From a virus (taxonomy: Duplodnaviria; Heunggongvirae; Uroviricota; Caudoviricetes), in the IMG/VR virus record IMGVR_UViG_2872164251_000001: a DNA stretch of 46,293 nt; one strand, written 5' to 3'. The translations under genes and the position numbers were made by a program. The notes beneath the pieces were generated by a model. That model was not told the DNA's origin, ran no database searches, and saw only the letters and a program-made list of their open reading frames with translations. Position 1 is the first letter of the stretch, and every line of letters starts with the position of its first letter. Below, piece after piece: positions 12,661 through 20,980 of this stretch.

Positions 12661-12714
12661 ATGGCTACTTGGCAAGGATCAAATGGCGGATTATTGGCTG
12701 GTATCGGCGGCGTC
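12661..12714 (+). pseudogene. 5' fragment of next ejection-protein gene (gp20-like) truncated by IS1
   Basis: MATWQGSNGGLLAGIGGV then the IS1 end. Confidence 0.35.
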
Positions 12715-12729
12715 GGTAATGACTCCAAC

Positions 12730-13233
12730 TTACTGATAGTGTTTTATGTTCAGATAATGCCCGATGACCTTGTCATGCAGCTCCACCGATTTTGAGAACG
12801 ACAGTGACTTCCGTCCCAGCCTTGCCAGATGTTGTCTCAGATTCAGATTATGTCGCTCAATGCGCTGAGTGTAACGCTTGCTGATAACGTGCAGCTTTCC
12901 CTTCAGGCGTGATTCATACAGCGGCCAGCCATCCGTCATCCATACCACGACCTCAAAGGCCGACAGCAGGCTCAGAAGACGCTCCAGTGTGGCCAGAGTG
13001 CGTTCACCGAAGACGTGCGCCACAACCGTCCTCCGTATCCTGTCATACGCGTAAAACAGCCAGCGCTGACGTGATTTAGCACCGACGTAGCCCCAATGTT
13101 CGTCCATTTCAGCGCAGACAATCACATCACTGCCCGGTTGTATGCGCGAGGTTACCGACTGCGGCCTGAGTTTTTTAAGTGACGTAAAACCGTGTTGAGG
13201 CCAACGCCCATAATGCGTGCGCTGGCGCGACAT
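12730..13233 (-). CDS. insB: IS1 InsB (expressed as InsAB' by frameshift)
   Basis: 167-aa ORF typical of IS1 InsB. Confidence 0.85.
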   Translation of the reverse strand: MSRQRTHYGRWPQHGFTSLKKLRPQSVTSRIQPGSDVIVCAEMDEHWGYVGAKSRQRWLFYAYDRIRRTVVAHVFGERTLATLERLLSLLSAFEVVVWMTDGWPLYESRLKGKLHVISKRYTQRIERHNLNLRQHLARLGRKSLSFSKSVELHDKVIGHYLNIKHYQ

Positions 13234-13427
13234 CCGACGCCATTCATGGCCATATCAATGATTTTCTGGTGCGTACCGGGCTGAGAGGCGGTGTAAGTGA
13301 ACTGTAGTTGCCATGTTTTACGGCAATGAGAGCAGAGATAGCGCTGATGTCCGGCAGTGCTTTTGCCGTTACGCACCACGCCTTCAGTAGCGGAGCAGGA
13401 AGGACATCTGATGGAAATGGAAGCCAC
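13152..13427 (-). CDS. insA: IS1 InsA
   Basis: [43 protein letters not shown]. Confidence 0.85.
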   Translation of the reverse strand: MASISIRCPSCSATEGVVRNGKSTAGHQRYLCSHCRKTWQLQFTYTASQPGTHQKIIDMAMNGVGCRASARIMGVGLNTVLRHLKNSGRSR

Positions 13428-13482
13428 GCAAGCACCTTAAAATCACCATCATACACTAAATCAGTAAGTTGGCAGCATTACC

Positions 13483-13839
13483 AACTGGGGGTAATCCGTA
13501 TTTCTCACGGATTACGGAGTCTATTTTTTCTTCCATTTGTTTATAGTCAGGAAGAAGGCGTTTCAGTGGTGCGGGAATGTCCTGGCAATACGCTTCTGTT
13601 GCATCATGCATTAACGCTTCAAAAGCAAATTCCTGCGGCACCAGCTGGCTGCAAAGAACCGCATGTTGGGCGACGCTGTAGAAGTGCGAAAGATGACCGG
13701 CAAAGCGACAGATATTTGAAAGGGAAACCGCGATATCGTTAATATCGATGTCGTCTTTATTTATCCTGTCATAATAAAAATGCTTCCCGGAAAAAGTTTT
13801 AATAAATGACATTTTGTTCTCCACGTATATGCGCTGCAC
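13483..13839 (-). pseudogene. HD-domain protein (YfdR-like), C-terminally truncated by IS1
   Basis: H..HD signature (RFAGH ... LMHDATEAY); reading frame runs into the IS1 end. Confidence 0.5.
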
Positions 13840-13939
13840 CGCGCTGAATTCTGGTAAAAAGAATCCCTCACCATCCGGCGATTATTGAGTAAATTACGTT
13901 TCCATAAATGCCCCCGCAGGGGCATTTGCAGTAATGAAA

Positions 13940-14764
13940 TCAGGCGGTGAAAGTACCAATAAAGGTTTCTACTTTGCTGTCCTTGAATTTCTCAACAAGC
14001 AGATCACGAAATTCGTTAGCCATTTCTTCCTGCACCGCCTCCAGCTGAATAATGCGCAGAACCAGTACCGGACGATCGCCAGTGATAATGCTGAGGCGTA
14101 ATTTAAACGGACGTTCTTTCAGACCTTCAAACGGAATGCATTTAAATTCAAATGCCACTGGCATAATGTCTTTGGTCTTCGCTTCGACAGACTCCATCAG
14201 GGAGCGTTTGCCGCTGAAGTCATTATCTTCAAAATCAGCGGTCTGGTTTGCTTCAATCGTGATTTTACGGACCGCCGCAGCCGCTTTTGTTGCCTGAATG
14301 GTGTCACCATTAGCATCAAAGCCCACAAGGTAGTCGGCCCAGTCTTCAATCCATTCTGCCAGTGATTTCTGGGAGTTACGCTCGCCATTAACAGACAACA
14401 GAGCAGAGAACGGTGCTGTCTTTTTCAGTTTGAGAGTGGCGGTGTTATCTGCGTGACCTGGTTCATCAATAGTACCCAGGTTAAGCACACTGACGGCACG
14501 CATATTATCAGCATCGATAAAGCAGCGGGTGCCTTCATCTGCAAGATCTTTAGAATAACGGGTAAAGTCATCGATGCTGGCAGTGGAAAGCGCACCACGG
14601 AAACGGAAGCGATTTAAATTAAATTTTTCCAGATCATGAATGCGGAAATTCTCAGGCAATGCCACAGCATCGGCACCAATCTTACTGATAATTTCATTAA
14701 CACCCTGAGCAGAAATAAGGGCATGGATTTGATTAATTGCGGTTGCGTCTAAGTTCTGAGACAT
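13940..14764 (-). CDS. YfdQ-like (DUF2303) early-left protein
   Basis: 274-aa ORF, size and position match CPS-53 yfdQ as I recall it. Confidence 0.55.
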   Translation of the reverse strand: MSQNLDATAINQIHALISAQGVNEIISKIGADAVALPENFRIHDLEKFNLNRFRFRGALSTASIDDFTRYSKDLADEGTRCFIDADNMRAVSVLNLGTIDEPGHADNTATLKLKKTAPFSALLSVNGERNSQKSLAEWIEDWADYLVGFDANGDTIQATKAAAAVRKITIEANQTADFEDNDFSGKRSLMESVEAKTKDIMPVAFEFKCIPFEGLKERPFKLRLSIITGDRPVLVLRIIQLEAVQEEMANEFRDLLVEKFKDSKVETFIGTFTA

Positions 14765-14829
14765 AATAAGTCCTAACTATATAAAGATATTCAGTGATGA
14801 GATAAATAATCAGTTAATTAAGAACGATA

Positions 14830-15193
14830 TTAATGACCTGCTGCGCGGAGTTTTCCGTCAGGTTCACCGGCAAGAGTCAGTAATTGTCCCTGGTCTTCCT
14901 GCAGAATAGTCAGGCGACCACCGCGATTGACATACATCGGCGTTTCGGTGGTGTCTTCTTCGGAAATTTTCCCGCGGTTAGTCGGGCGAACATATGAGAG
15001 TTTGTGTTTGATTTTCACACGGTTCTCATCAAATGGTTCGATTTCCAGGTTGAGTGAGACCTTACCTTTGGTTTTCGTGTTCATCACACCGGAAGCGACT
15101 TCACTGAGAACTGCGCCGATTTTGGTTTCAAATACGCCGCCGTCCAGCTCCCCGATAAATGCCTGCACATCAGTACTGCGTTCGCTAGCCATT
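14830..15193 (-). CDS. YfdP-like hypothetical early protein
   Basis: MASERSTDVQAFIGELDGG... with GAGGAG RBS; the longer upstream extension in the ORF track looks non-coding. Confidence 0.5.
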
Positions 15194-15629
15194 TTGCTGC
15201 TCCTCATCATATCGACCCTGCAAGGCCGATTAGTTTCTCCACAAAACAGAGAAGAACACCTGCGGTAGCAGCCGCCCGGATGGATTGGGTTATGAGCCCG
15301 TCGTCCGGTGATGCTCTTCTCTGTTTTGTAAAAAGGACGGTACCAGCCGGAAGCAAGGGTACAAACTGGTACCGCCAGGACTACACACAGCATAAAGTTG
15401 TGGTGCCGGGTGCCTCCCGGTGCCTGGCGAAGGTTGCACACCAGACGGGTGGGTATCCACAGAAGGTCGACTGTCAGCCTCAACCTTAACCCGCGTGCGC
15501 TGAGCCGCATTCACCACAACTCTAAGGATTCTCTTTGGTTGAAAATACTTAGCTGTTATGTGCCTGTCTTTTCACCACTTCAGGCTCGGTGGTATCCTTT
15601 TAAGCCCGTATACATAAAAGGAAAATCAA

Positions 15630-15875
15630 ATGACTTTTGATGAAAAAGAACTTGATAATGCAATTAATAAAATCATCGTAACGTCGCTCTTTTCCTGTCT
15701 CAGCGACACTCAGCAGAAACAGTTCTACGAATCGGCTTTCAACATGATCGAGCGTTGTTGTTTCTGCGATGCCGACGAGTTACCTGAAAAAATCAGGAAA
15801 CAGTTGGCTGATGCTCTTCGAGTGCGACTTTCTGACCAATTTTCTGAAATGTGCTCTCCGAATTTGGACAAATAG
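15630..15875 (+). CDS. Hypothetical 81-aa protein, antisense to the early-left operon
   Basis: AGGAAA RBS 7 nt before ATG; 3' end overlaps the convergent 15793-16068 ORF by about 80 bp. Confidence 0.3.
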   Translation: MTFDEKELDNAINKIIVTSLFSCLSDTQQKQFYESAFNMIERCCFCDADELPEKIRKQLADALRVRLSDQFSEMCSPNLDK

Positions 15876-16068
15876 AAAAAGGCCATTTCCATTCAGGGTC
15901 TGATGGAAATACTTCAGCCTGTTCCAAAGCACGGCGTAAAGAGAACACAACTCCAGCCATAATCTGATGTTTCCCATTGGTCCAGCTATCGCCGCTCTGA
16001 TCTACAGGGGCGGCTATGTCGTATGACCAAACGACTTCACAGTTATTGTTTAAAATCTGGACTTTCAT
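15793..16068 (-). CDS. Hypothetical 91-aa protein, first gene downstream of the PL-like promoter
   Basis: AGGTG RBS then ATG (MKVQILNNN...); occupies the N/rex-type position next to cI. Confidence 0.4.
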   Translation of the reverse strand: MKVQILNNNCEVVWSYDIAAPVDQSGDSWTNGKHQIMAGVVFSLRRALEQAEVFPSDPEWKWPFSICPNSESTFQKIGQKVALEEHQPTVS

Positions 16069-16189
16069 TTCATACACCTGCTTTAACATGAGTGCCTAGT
16101 GGCACAACATGACTCAACGAATCATCCTGGACTTCATATGCCCCAGGCGGCTACTTCGTGGGCGTCCTGCCTGTTCGTTGTTTCGCTTG

Positions 16190-16232
16190 GGTACATTATG
16201 TATCCCAAGGGTACATTGTCAAGTATAAAAAA
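16190..16232 (-). promoter_or_regulatory. PL-like early-left promoter with GGTACA-type operator half-sites (OL)
   Basis: Minus strand TTGACA-16 bp-CATAAT; overlapping GGGTACA / TGTATCCC inverted repeat. Confidence 0.45.
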
Positions 16233-16249
16233 ACCTGCCGAAGCAGGTT
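16226..16249 (-). terminator. Rho-independent terminator downstream of cI
   Basis: AACCTGCCGAAGCAGGTT hairpin followed by T-run on the minus strand. Confidence 0.55.
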
Positions 16250-16261
16250 CATAAACATTGA

Positions 16262-16936
16262 TTAGGCTTTGATTTTGTATCTTCTTGGTTTTCCTGAGAA
16301 AATCACTGTACCAATTATAGAGCAATTACCGTTGATCTTAATGTAAGGCTCAGGCCAGTTTGGGTTTAACGCTTTGAGATAACGCTGTGTCCCATCTTCT
16401 ATCAACCTTTTGAAGGTGGTTTCGCCTGTATCGTGCATCAATGCAATAACGTCGTCACCGTGGCAGGCAGGTACTTCAGGATCGACAAAAATCATGTCTC
16501 CCGGGCGGTACTCATCAATCATTGAATCACCTATCACCCGCAAGATATAAGTCATTTCCCCACAGGGTACAGGGCAGGGATACGTTTCTGCTGTGCTCAA
16601 ATCAACCTCAGAATATCCAACTTCTTTCCATGCTCCGGCCTGTACCCATGATATGACAGGGACTAATGTGATTTGTTTATTAGTGATTGAAACATCAGGT
16701 TTTTTTGTGATGTTCGTTGTCTGGTGTTCTTGATCGAGCCATCCGACAGGCAGGTCGAAACATTTTTCGATGTGTCGTGCCATGCTGTCACCGATATTTT
16801 TAGTAGCACCATCTCCCATAAACCTGCTGGTCTGGGTTGGCTCGCGATCAATCATAGTGGCAAAGGAAGAATTCCCGCCAACACCATCTCTCAGTTTTCT
16901 GGCGTTAGACCGCCGGATGTCATGGATTGTTTTCAT
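16262..16936 (-). CDS. cI: CI-type prophage repressor (HTH plus S24 LexA-like peptidase domain)
   Basis: Ala-Gly cleavage site (VQAGAW), Ser nucleophile in VIGDSM, divergent from a Cro-like gene. Confidence 0.85.
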   Translation of the reverse strand: MKTIHDIRRSNARKLRDGVGGNSSFATMIDREPTQTSRFMGDGATKNIGDSMARHIEKCFDLPVGWLDQEHQTTNITKKPDVSITNKQITLVPVISWVQAGAWKEVGYSEVDLSTAETYPCPVPCGEMTYILRVIGDSMIDEYRPGDMIFVDPEVPACHGDDVIALMHDTGETTFKRLIEDGTQRYLKALNPNWPEPYIKINGNCSIIGTVIFSGKPRRYKIKA

Positions 16937-17026
16937 AACGAAATTAAAACCCTTGTACCGTTAAGGTACAAGTGTCTTGGAGGTTCATTTCAATCATGTA
17001 ACATGTACACCGGAGGTACATATTGT
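16937..17026. promoter_or_regulatory. OR region: divergent PRM/PR promoters with palindromic operators
   Basis: Perfect 21-bp palindrome CTTGTACC-GTTAA-GGTACAAG at 16952-16972; ATGTAC-N7-GTACAT further right. Confidence 0.6.
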
Positions 17027-17227
17027 ATGAAAGCGTATTGGGACTCTTTAACCAAAGAACAGCAGGGCGAGTTGGCCGGAAAAGTTGGCTCAACACCTGG
17101 CTACTTACGGCTGGTTTTCAATGGCTATAAAAAAGCCAGTTTTGTGCTGGCTAAAAAACTTGAGCAATGCACGTCAGGTGCAATTACGAAATCTGACTTA
17201 AGACCGGATATCTATCCGAAAGATTAG
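17027..17227 (+). CDS. cro: Cro-like HTH regulator
   Basis: 66 aa, GGAGG RBS, divergent from cI across operators. Confidence 0.65.
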   Translation: MKAYWDSLTKEQQGELAGKVGSTPGYLRLVFNGYKKASFVLAKKLEQCTSGAITKSDLRPDIYPKD

Positions 17228-17258
17228 CAGAACACTTTCAATTTTTAACCACAGAACG

Positions 17259-17822
17259 ATGAGGCTAACCGTGGGTAAGCATCACTGGAAAATAGAAAAA
17301 CAGCCTGAGTGGTACGTGAAAGCTGTCAGAAAAACTATCGCGGCGTTGCCGGGTGGTTACGCTGAAGCGGCTGACTGGCTCGATGTAACAGAAAACGCTT
17401 TATTCAACCGCCTTCGTGCAGATGGCGATCAGATTTTCCCGCTGGGATGGGCAATGGTTTTACAGCGTGCTGGTGGCACTCACTTCATTGCTGATGCTGT
17501 GGCGCAGTCTGCAAATGGCGTCTTTGTGTCTCTTCCTGACGTCGAGGATGTGGACAACGCCGATATCAACCAACGCCTGCTGGAAGTCATTGAACAGATC
17601 GGCAGTTATTCAAAACAGATTCGTTCAGCAATTGAAGACGGTGTAGTGGAACCGCATGAGAAGACAGCAATTAACGATGAGCAGTACCTCTCAATTTCGA
17701 AGCTGCAGGAGCATGCAGCACTGGTCTACAAAATCTTTTGCGTTTCAGAAAGTAGTGACGCCCGCGAGTGTGCAGCTCCGGGCGCCGTGGCATGTCGTGA
17801 CTGTGGAGAAACTAACGCATGA
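17259..17822 (+). CDS. CII-like phage regulatory protein (uncertain family)
   Basis: 187-aa ORF in the cII position between cro and the replication gene. Confidence 0.35.
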   Translation: MRLTVGKHHWKIEKQPEWYVKAVRKTIAALPGGYAEAADWLDVTENALFNRLRADGDQIFPLGWAMVLQRAGGTHFIADAVAQSANGVFVSLPDVEDVDNADINQRLLEVIEQIGSYSKQIRSAIEDGVVEPHEKTAINDEQYLSISKLQEHAALVYKIFCVSESSDARECAAPGAVACRDCGETNA

Positions 17823-18175
17823 ACAGTTTAACAACACACTACCGTCGCTCGCAACTGATTGCGCTTCCTGTACCGGGTGGAAAAGCGAAGGTGGAGTATT
17901 GCTATGCAGTAAATGTACCAGGTGACAGGGAAATTGTAACCCACAGCTTTGCAGAGTGGGCTGTGGGTGATTTCAACCGGCAGAAGGAGACAGTCCTTTG
18001 CGACAAGTTAACCGCTGGTTCAAAGAGCACTACGGAGTGCCCGTCAGAGTCATTCGTTGGGAGCCGGAAACACAACGTGTTATCTACCTCCGCGAAGGCT
18101 ATGAGCATGAGTGCTTCAGCCCGCTCGAACAGTTTCGTCGTAAATTCAGGGAAATAGAGGTCGGTCATGAGCACT
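17819..18175 (+). pseudogene. Small early gene with apparent frameshift (N-terminus in one frame, C-terminus in the -1 frame)
   Basis: Frame [32 protein letters not shown]... becomes Ser-rich junk after about 18000 while -1 frame reads [54 protein letters not shown] and ends overlapping the next ATG. Confidence 0.35.
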
Positions 18176-19108
18176 AAATTAACCGGCTATGTATGGGATG
18201 GTTGCGCTGCATCAGGCATGAAATTATCCAGCGTGGCAATTATGGCCCGCCTGGCTGATTTCAGTAATGACGAAGGTGTGTGCTGGCCATCAATTGAAAC
18301 CATTGCCCGCCAGATTGGCGCGGGAATGAGTACCGTCAGAACGGCTATCGCACGGCTGGAAGCAGAAGGCTGGTTAACGCGTAAGGCGCGTCGCCAGGGT
18401 AACCGCAATGCGTCGAATGTTTATCAGCTTAACGTTGCGAAGCTTCAGGCAGCGGCATTTTCTCAACTGTCAGATTCTGACCCGTCAAAATCTGACGCAT
18501 CAAAATCTGACCCGTCAAAATTTGATGCGTCGAAATCTGGCAAAAAAGCGGGTTTTCACCCGTCAGAATCTGGCGGGGATCCGTCAGTAAAATCAAAACA
18601 TGATCCGTCAGATAAAAAAACTTCTCGTCCGGACGCTTCGCAACCGGACACGCAGACGGCTGAACAGGAGTTTTTAACTCGCCATCCTGATGCGGTTGTA
18701 TTCAGCCCTAAAAAGCGCCAGTGGGGAACGCAGGATGATTTGACCTGCGCACAGTGGCTCTGGAAAAAAATCATCGCCCTGTACGAGCAGGCCGCCGAAT
18801 GTGACGGCGAGGTGGTTCGTCCCAAAGAACCGAACTGGACAGCCTGGGCAAACGAAATTCGCCTGATGTGTGTGCAGGATGGTCGTACTCATAAACAAAT
18901 CTGCGAGATGTACAGCCGCGTCAGTCGCGATCCGTTCTGGTGCCGTAACGTGCTCAGCCCGTCGAAGCTGCGGGAAAAATGGGATGAGCTTTCCCTGCGC
19001 TTATCGCCGTCCGTCAGCACGTACACCGAAAAACGCGAAGACCCGTACTTCAAAGCTAGTTACGACAACGTGGACTACAGCCAAATCCCGGCAGGATTCA
19101 GGGGGTGA
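18167..19108 (+). CDS. Replication initiator (lambda O-like) containing origin iterons
   Basis: N-terminal winged-HTH, central repeat-encoded SKSD segment, C-terminal conserved domain; position after cro/cII. Confidence 0.65.
   Translation: MSTKLTGYVWDGCAASGMKLSSVAIMARLADFSNDEGVCWPSIETIARQIGAGMSTVRTAIARLEAEGWLTRKARRQGNRNASNVYQLNVAKLQAAAFSQLSDSDPSKSDASKSDPSKFDASKSGKKAGFHPSESGGDPSVKSKHDPSDKKTSRPDASQPDTQTAEQEFLTRHPDAVVFSPKKRQWGTQDDLTCAQWLWKKIIALYEQAAECDGEVVRPKEPNWTAWANEIRLMCVQDGRTHKQICEMYSRVSRDPFWCRNVLSPSKLREKWDELSLRLSPSVSTYTEKREDPYFKASYDNVDYSQIPAGFRG
18468..18615 (+). repeat. Iteron array (putative ori) inside the initiator gene
   Basis: About 7 tandem copies of CCGTCA(A/G)AATCTGA-like 15-bp units. 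Confidence 0.55.
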
Positions 19109-19599
19109 GCATGAGTCTTTTGAATGACGTTCAGAAATTCATTGAAGCCCATCGGGGCTGTACTTCCGGAGATATTGCGGATGCTTTTGCCGGTTACTCA
19201 CGGCAGCGCGTTCTGCAGTCAGCAAGCAAGTTACGTCAGAGTGGGCGTGTGGCTCACCGTTGTGAAGGAGATACACGCAGACATTTCCCGCGCCTGACTG
19301 AGAGAGCGCAGGAACCGGAACCACAACCAGTTCGTGAAACCAGACCTGTGCGCAATTTCTATGTCGGCACTAACGATCCCCGTGTGATTTTGTGCCTGAC
19401 CCGCCAGGCGGAAGAACTGGAGTCCAGGGGCTTATACCGTCGTGCTGCAACCGTGTGGATGGCGGCATTCCGTGAAAGCCACTCCCAGCCAGAACGAAAC
19501 AATTTTCTGGCGCGTCGTGAGCGGTGCTTACGGAAAAGCAGCAAGCGCGCTGCATCGGGTGAAGAGTGGTATCTGTCAGGGAATTACGTGGGGGCTTAA
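19105..19599 (+). CDS. YfdN-like hypothetical protein
   Basis: 164-aa ORF translationally coupled to upstream and downstream genes. Confidence 0.4.
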   Translation: MSMSLLNDVQKFIEAHRGCTSGDIADAFAGYSRQRVLQSASKLRQSGRVAHRCEGDTRRHFPRLTERAQEPEPQPVRETRPVRNFYVGTNDPRVILCLTRQAEELESRGLYRRAATVWMAAFRESHSQPERNNFLARRERCLRKSSKRAASGEEWYLSGNYVGA

Positions 19600-20252
19600 T
19601 GAGTAATAAATATTGCCAGGCGCTGGTGGAACTGCGGAACAAACCAGCCCATGAACTGAAGGAAGTGGGCGATCAGTGGCGCACGCCGGACAACATTTTC
19701 TGGGGAATTAACACCCTGTTTGGCCCGTTTGTTCTGGATCTGTTCACTGACGGTGATAACGCCAAATGTGCCGCGTATTACACGGCGGAAGACAACGCGC
19801 TGGCGCATGACTGGTCAGAACGTCTTGCGGAGCTTAAAGGTGCTGCCTTTGGTAATCCCCCATACAGCCGCGCCAGTCAGCATGAGGGGCAATACATCAC
19901 CGGCATGCGTTACATCATGAAACATGCCAGTGCCATGCGTGATAAGGGCGGGCGCTATGTTTTCCTGATCAAAGCTGCCACCAGCGAAGTGTGGTGGCCG
20001 GAAGATGCAGATCATATTGCTTTTATTCGCGGGCGTATTGGTTTTGAACTGCCTGTCTGGTTTATCCCGAAAGACGAGAAGCAGGTACTGACAGGAGCTT
20101 TTTTCGCTGGTGCTATTGCTGTTTTTGACAAGACCTGGAAGGGACCGGCAATCAGCTACATCGGGCGCGATGAACTTGAGGCATGTGGTGAGGCGTTTCT
20201 GGCGCAGGTTCGCCAGCAGGCGGAAAAACTGGTCAGGGAGATGGCGGCATGA
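19599..20252 (+). CDS. Phage DNA N6-adenine methyltransferase (Dam-like)
   Basis: GNPPYS motif; TAATG overlap with upstream gene. Confidence 0.75.
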   Translation: MSNKYCQALVELRNKPAHELKEVGDQWRTPDNIFWGINTLFGPFVLDLFTDGDNAKCAAYYTAEDNALAHDWSERLAELKGAAFGNPPYSRASQHEGQYITGMRYIMKHASAMRDKGGRYVFLIKAATSEVWWPEDADHIAFIRGRIGFELPVWFIPKDEKQVLTGAFFAGAIAVFDKTWKGPAISYIGRDELEACGEAFLAQVRQQAEKLVREMAA

Positions 20253-20575
20253 CGACGTTAACTCAATGCCAGCAGCAGGTGCTGGATATGCTGATTTCTT
20301 ATCAGAAAGAACGTGGCTTCCCGCCAACCAATCAGGAGGTGGCAACCATGCTGGGATACCGTTCGGTGAATGCAGCGGTGGAGCATCTTCGCGCACTGGA
20401 GAAAAAAGGCGTCATCACGATAAAGCGTGGCGTGGCCCGGGGGATAACGCTTCATACCGCGGTGAAGGACGACGACAGCGAGGCGGTCGGGATTATCCGC
20501 GCACTGCTTGCCGGTGAGGAAAACGCAAGGCTGCGTGCAACCCACTGGTTACATGAGAGGGACCTGAAAGTATGA
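20249..20575 (+). CDS. LexA N-terminal DNA-binding-domain protein lacking the peptidase domain
   Basis: MTTLTQCQQQVLDMLISYQKERGFPPTNQEVATMLGYRSVNAAVEHLRALEKKGVITIKRGVARGITL parallels the LexA winged-HTH; ATGA overlaps on both sides. Confidence 0.6.
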   Translation: MTTLTQCQQQVLDMLISYQKERGFPPTNQEVATMLGYRSVNAAVEHLRALEKKGVITIKRGVARGITLHTAVKDDDSEAVGIIRALLAGEENARLRATHWLHERDLKV

Positions 20576-20961
20576 AGCTGATCCTGCCTTTTCCGCCCAG
20601 CGTGAACACGTACTGGCGACACCCCAACAAAGGGGCGTTTGCTGGTAAGAGCCTGATAAGCGCGGCGGGGCGAAAATTCCAGAGCGCGGCGTGCGCAGCA
20701 ATAGTTGAGCAGTTACGTCGTCTGCCGAAACCAACGTCGGCACCTGCTTCAGTGGAGATCGTGTTGTTTCCTCCGGATAACCGGATCCGCGATCTGGACA
20801 ACTATAACAAGGCGCTGTTTGACGCCCTGACCCACGCGGGTGTGTGGGAAGACGACAGTCAGGTGAAAAGAATGCTGGTGGAGTGGGGGCCGGTTATCCC
20901 GGAAGGGAAGGTCGAGATCACTATCAATAAGTACGAGAAAACGGCGGGTGCAGCCGCCTGA
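20572..20961 (+). CDS. rusA: RusA Holliday-junction resolvase (second copy)
   Basis: LPFPPSVNTYWRH...NRIRDLDNYNKALFDALT. Confidence 0.8.
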   Translation: MKLILPFPPSVNTYWRHPNKGAFAGKSLISAAGRKFQSAACAAIVEQLRRLPKPTSAPASVEIVLFPPDNRIRDLDNYNKALFDALTHAGVWEDDSQVKRMLVEWGPVIPEGKVEITINKYEKTAGAAA

Positions 20962-20980
20962 TTAAGAGGAGAAACGAAGT

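Larger units (their letters stand above)
12715..13482 (-). mobile_element. IS1, 768 bp
   Basis: Ends GGTAATGACTCCAACTTA... / ...TAAGTTGGCAGCATTACC; InsA and InsB recognised; 9-bp flanks GGCGGCGTC / AACTGGGGG not duplicated. Confidence 0.9.

Noticed and set aside
14830-15510. 226-aa minus-strand ORF
   Set aside because: The upstream 105 residues are Arg/Cys-rich low-complexity sequence with no RBS; the gene most likely starts at MASERS (15193) behind a GAGGAG RBS
15280-15640. Plus and minus ORFs of 69-80 aa in the 15194-15629 stretch
   Set aside because: Composition looks random (Pro/Arg/Gly-rich), no RBS; the region is better explained as structured non-coding DNA
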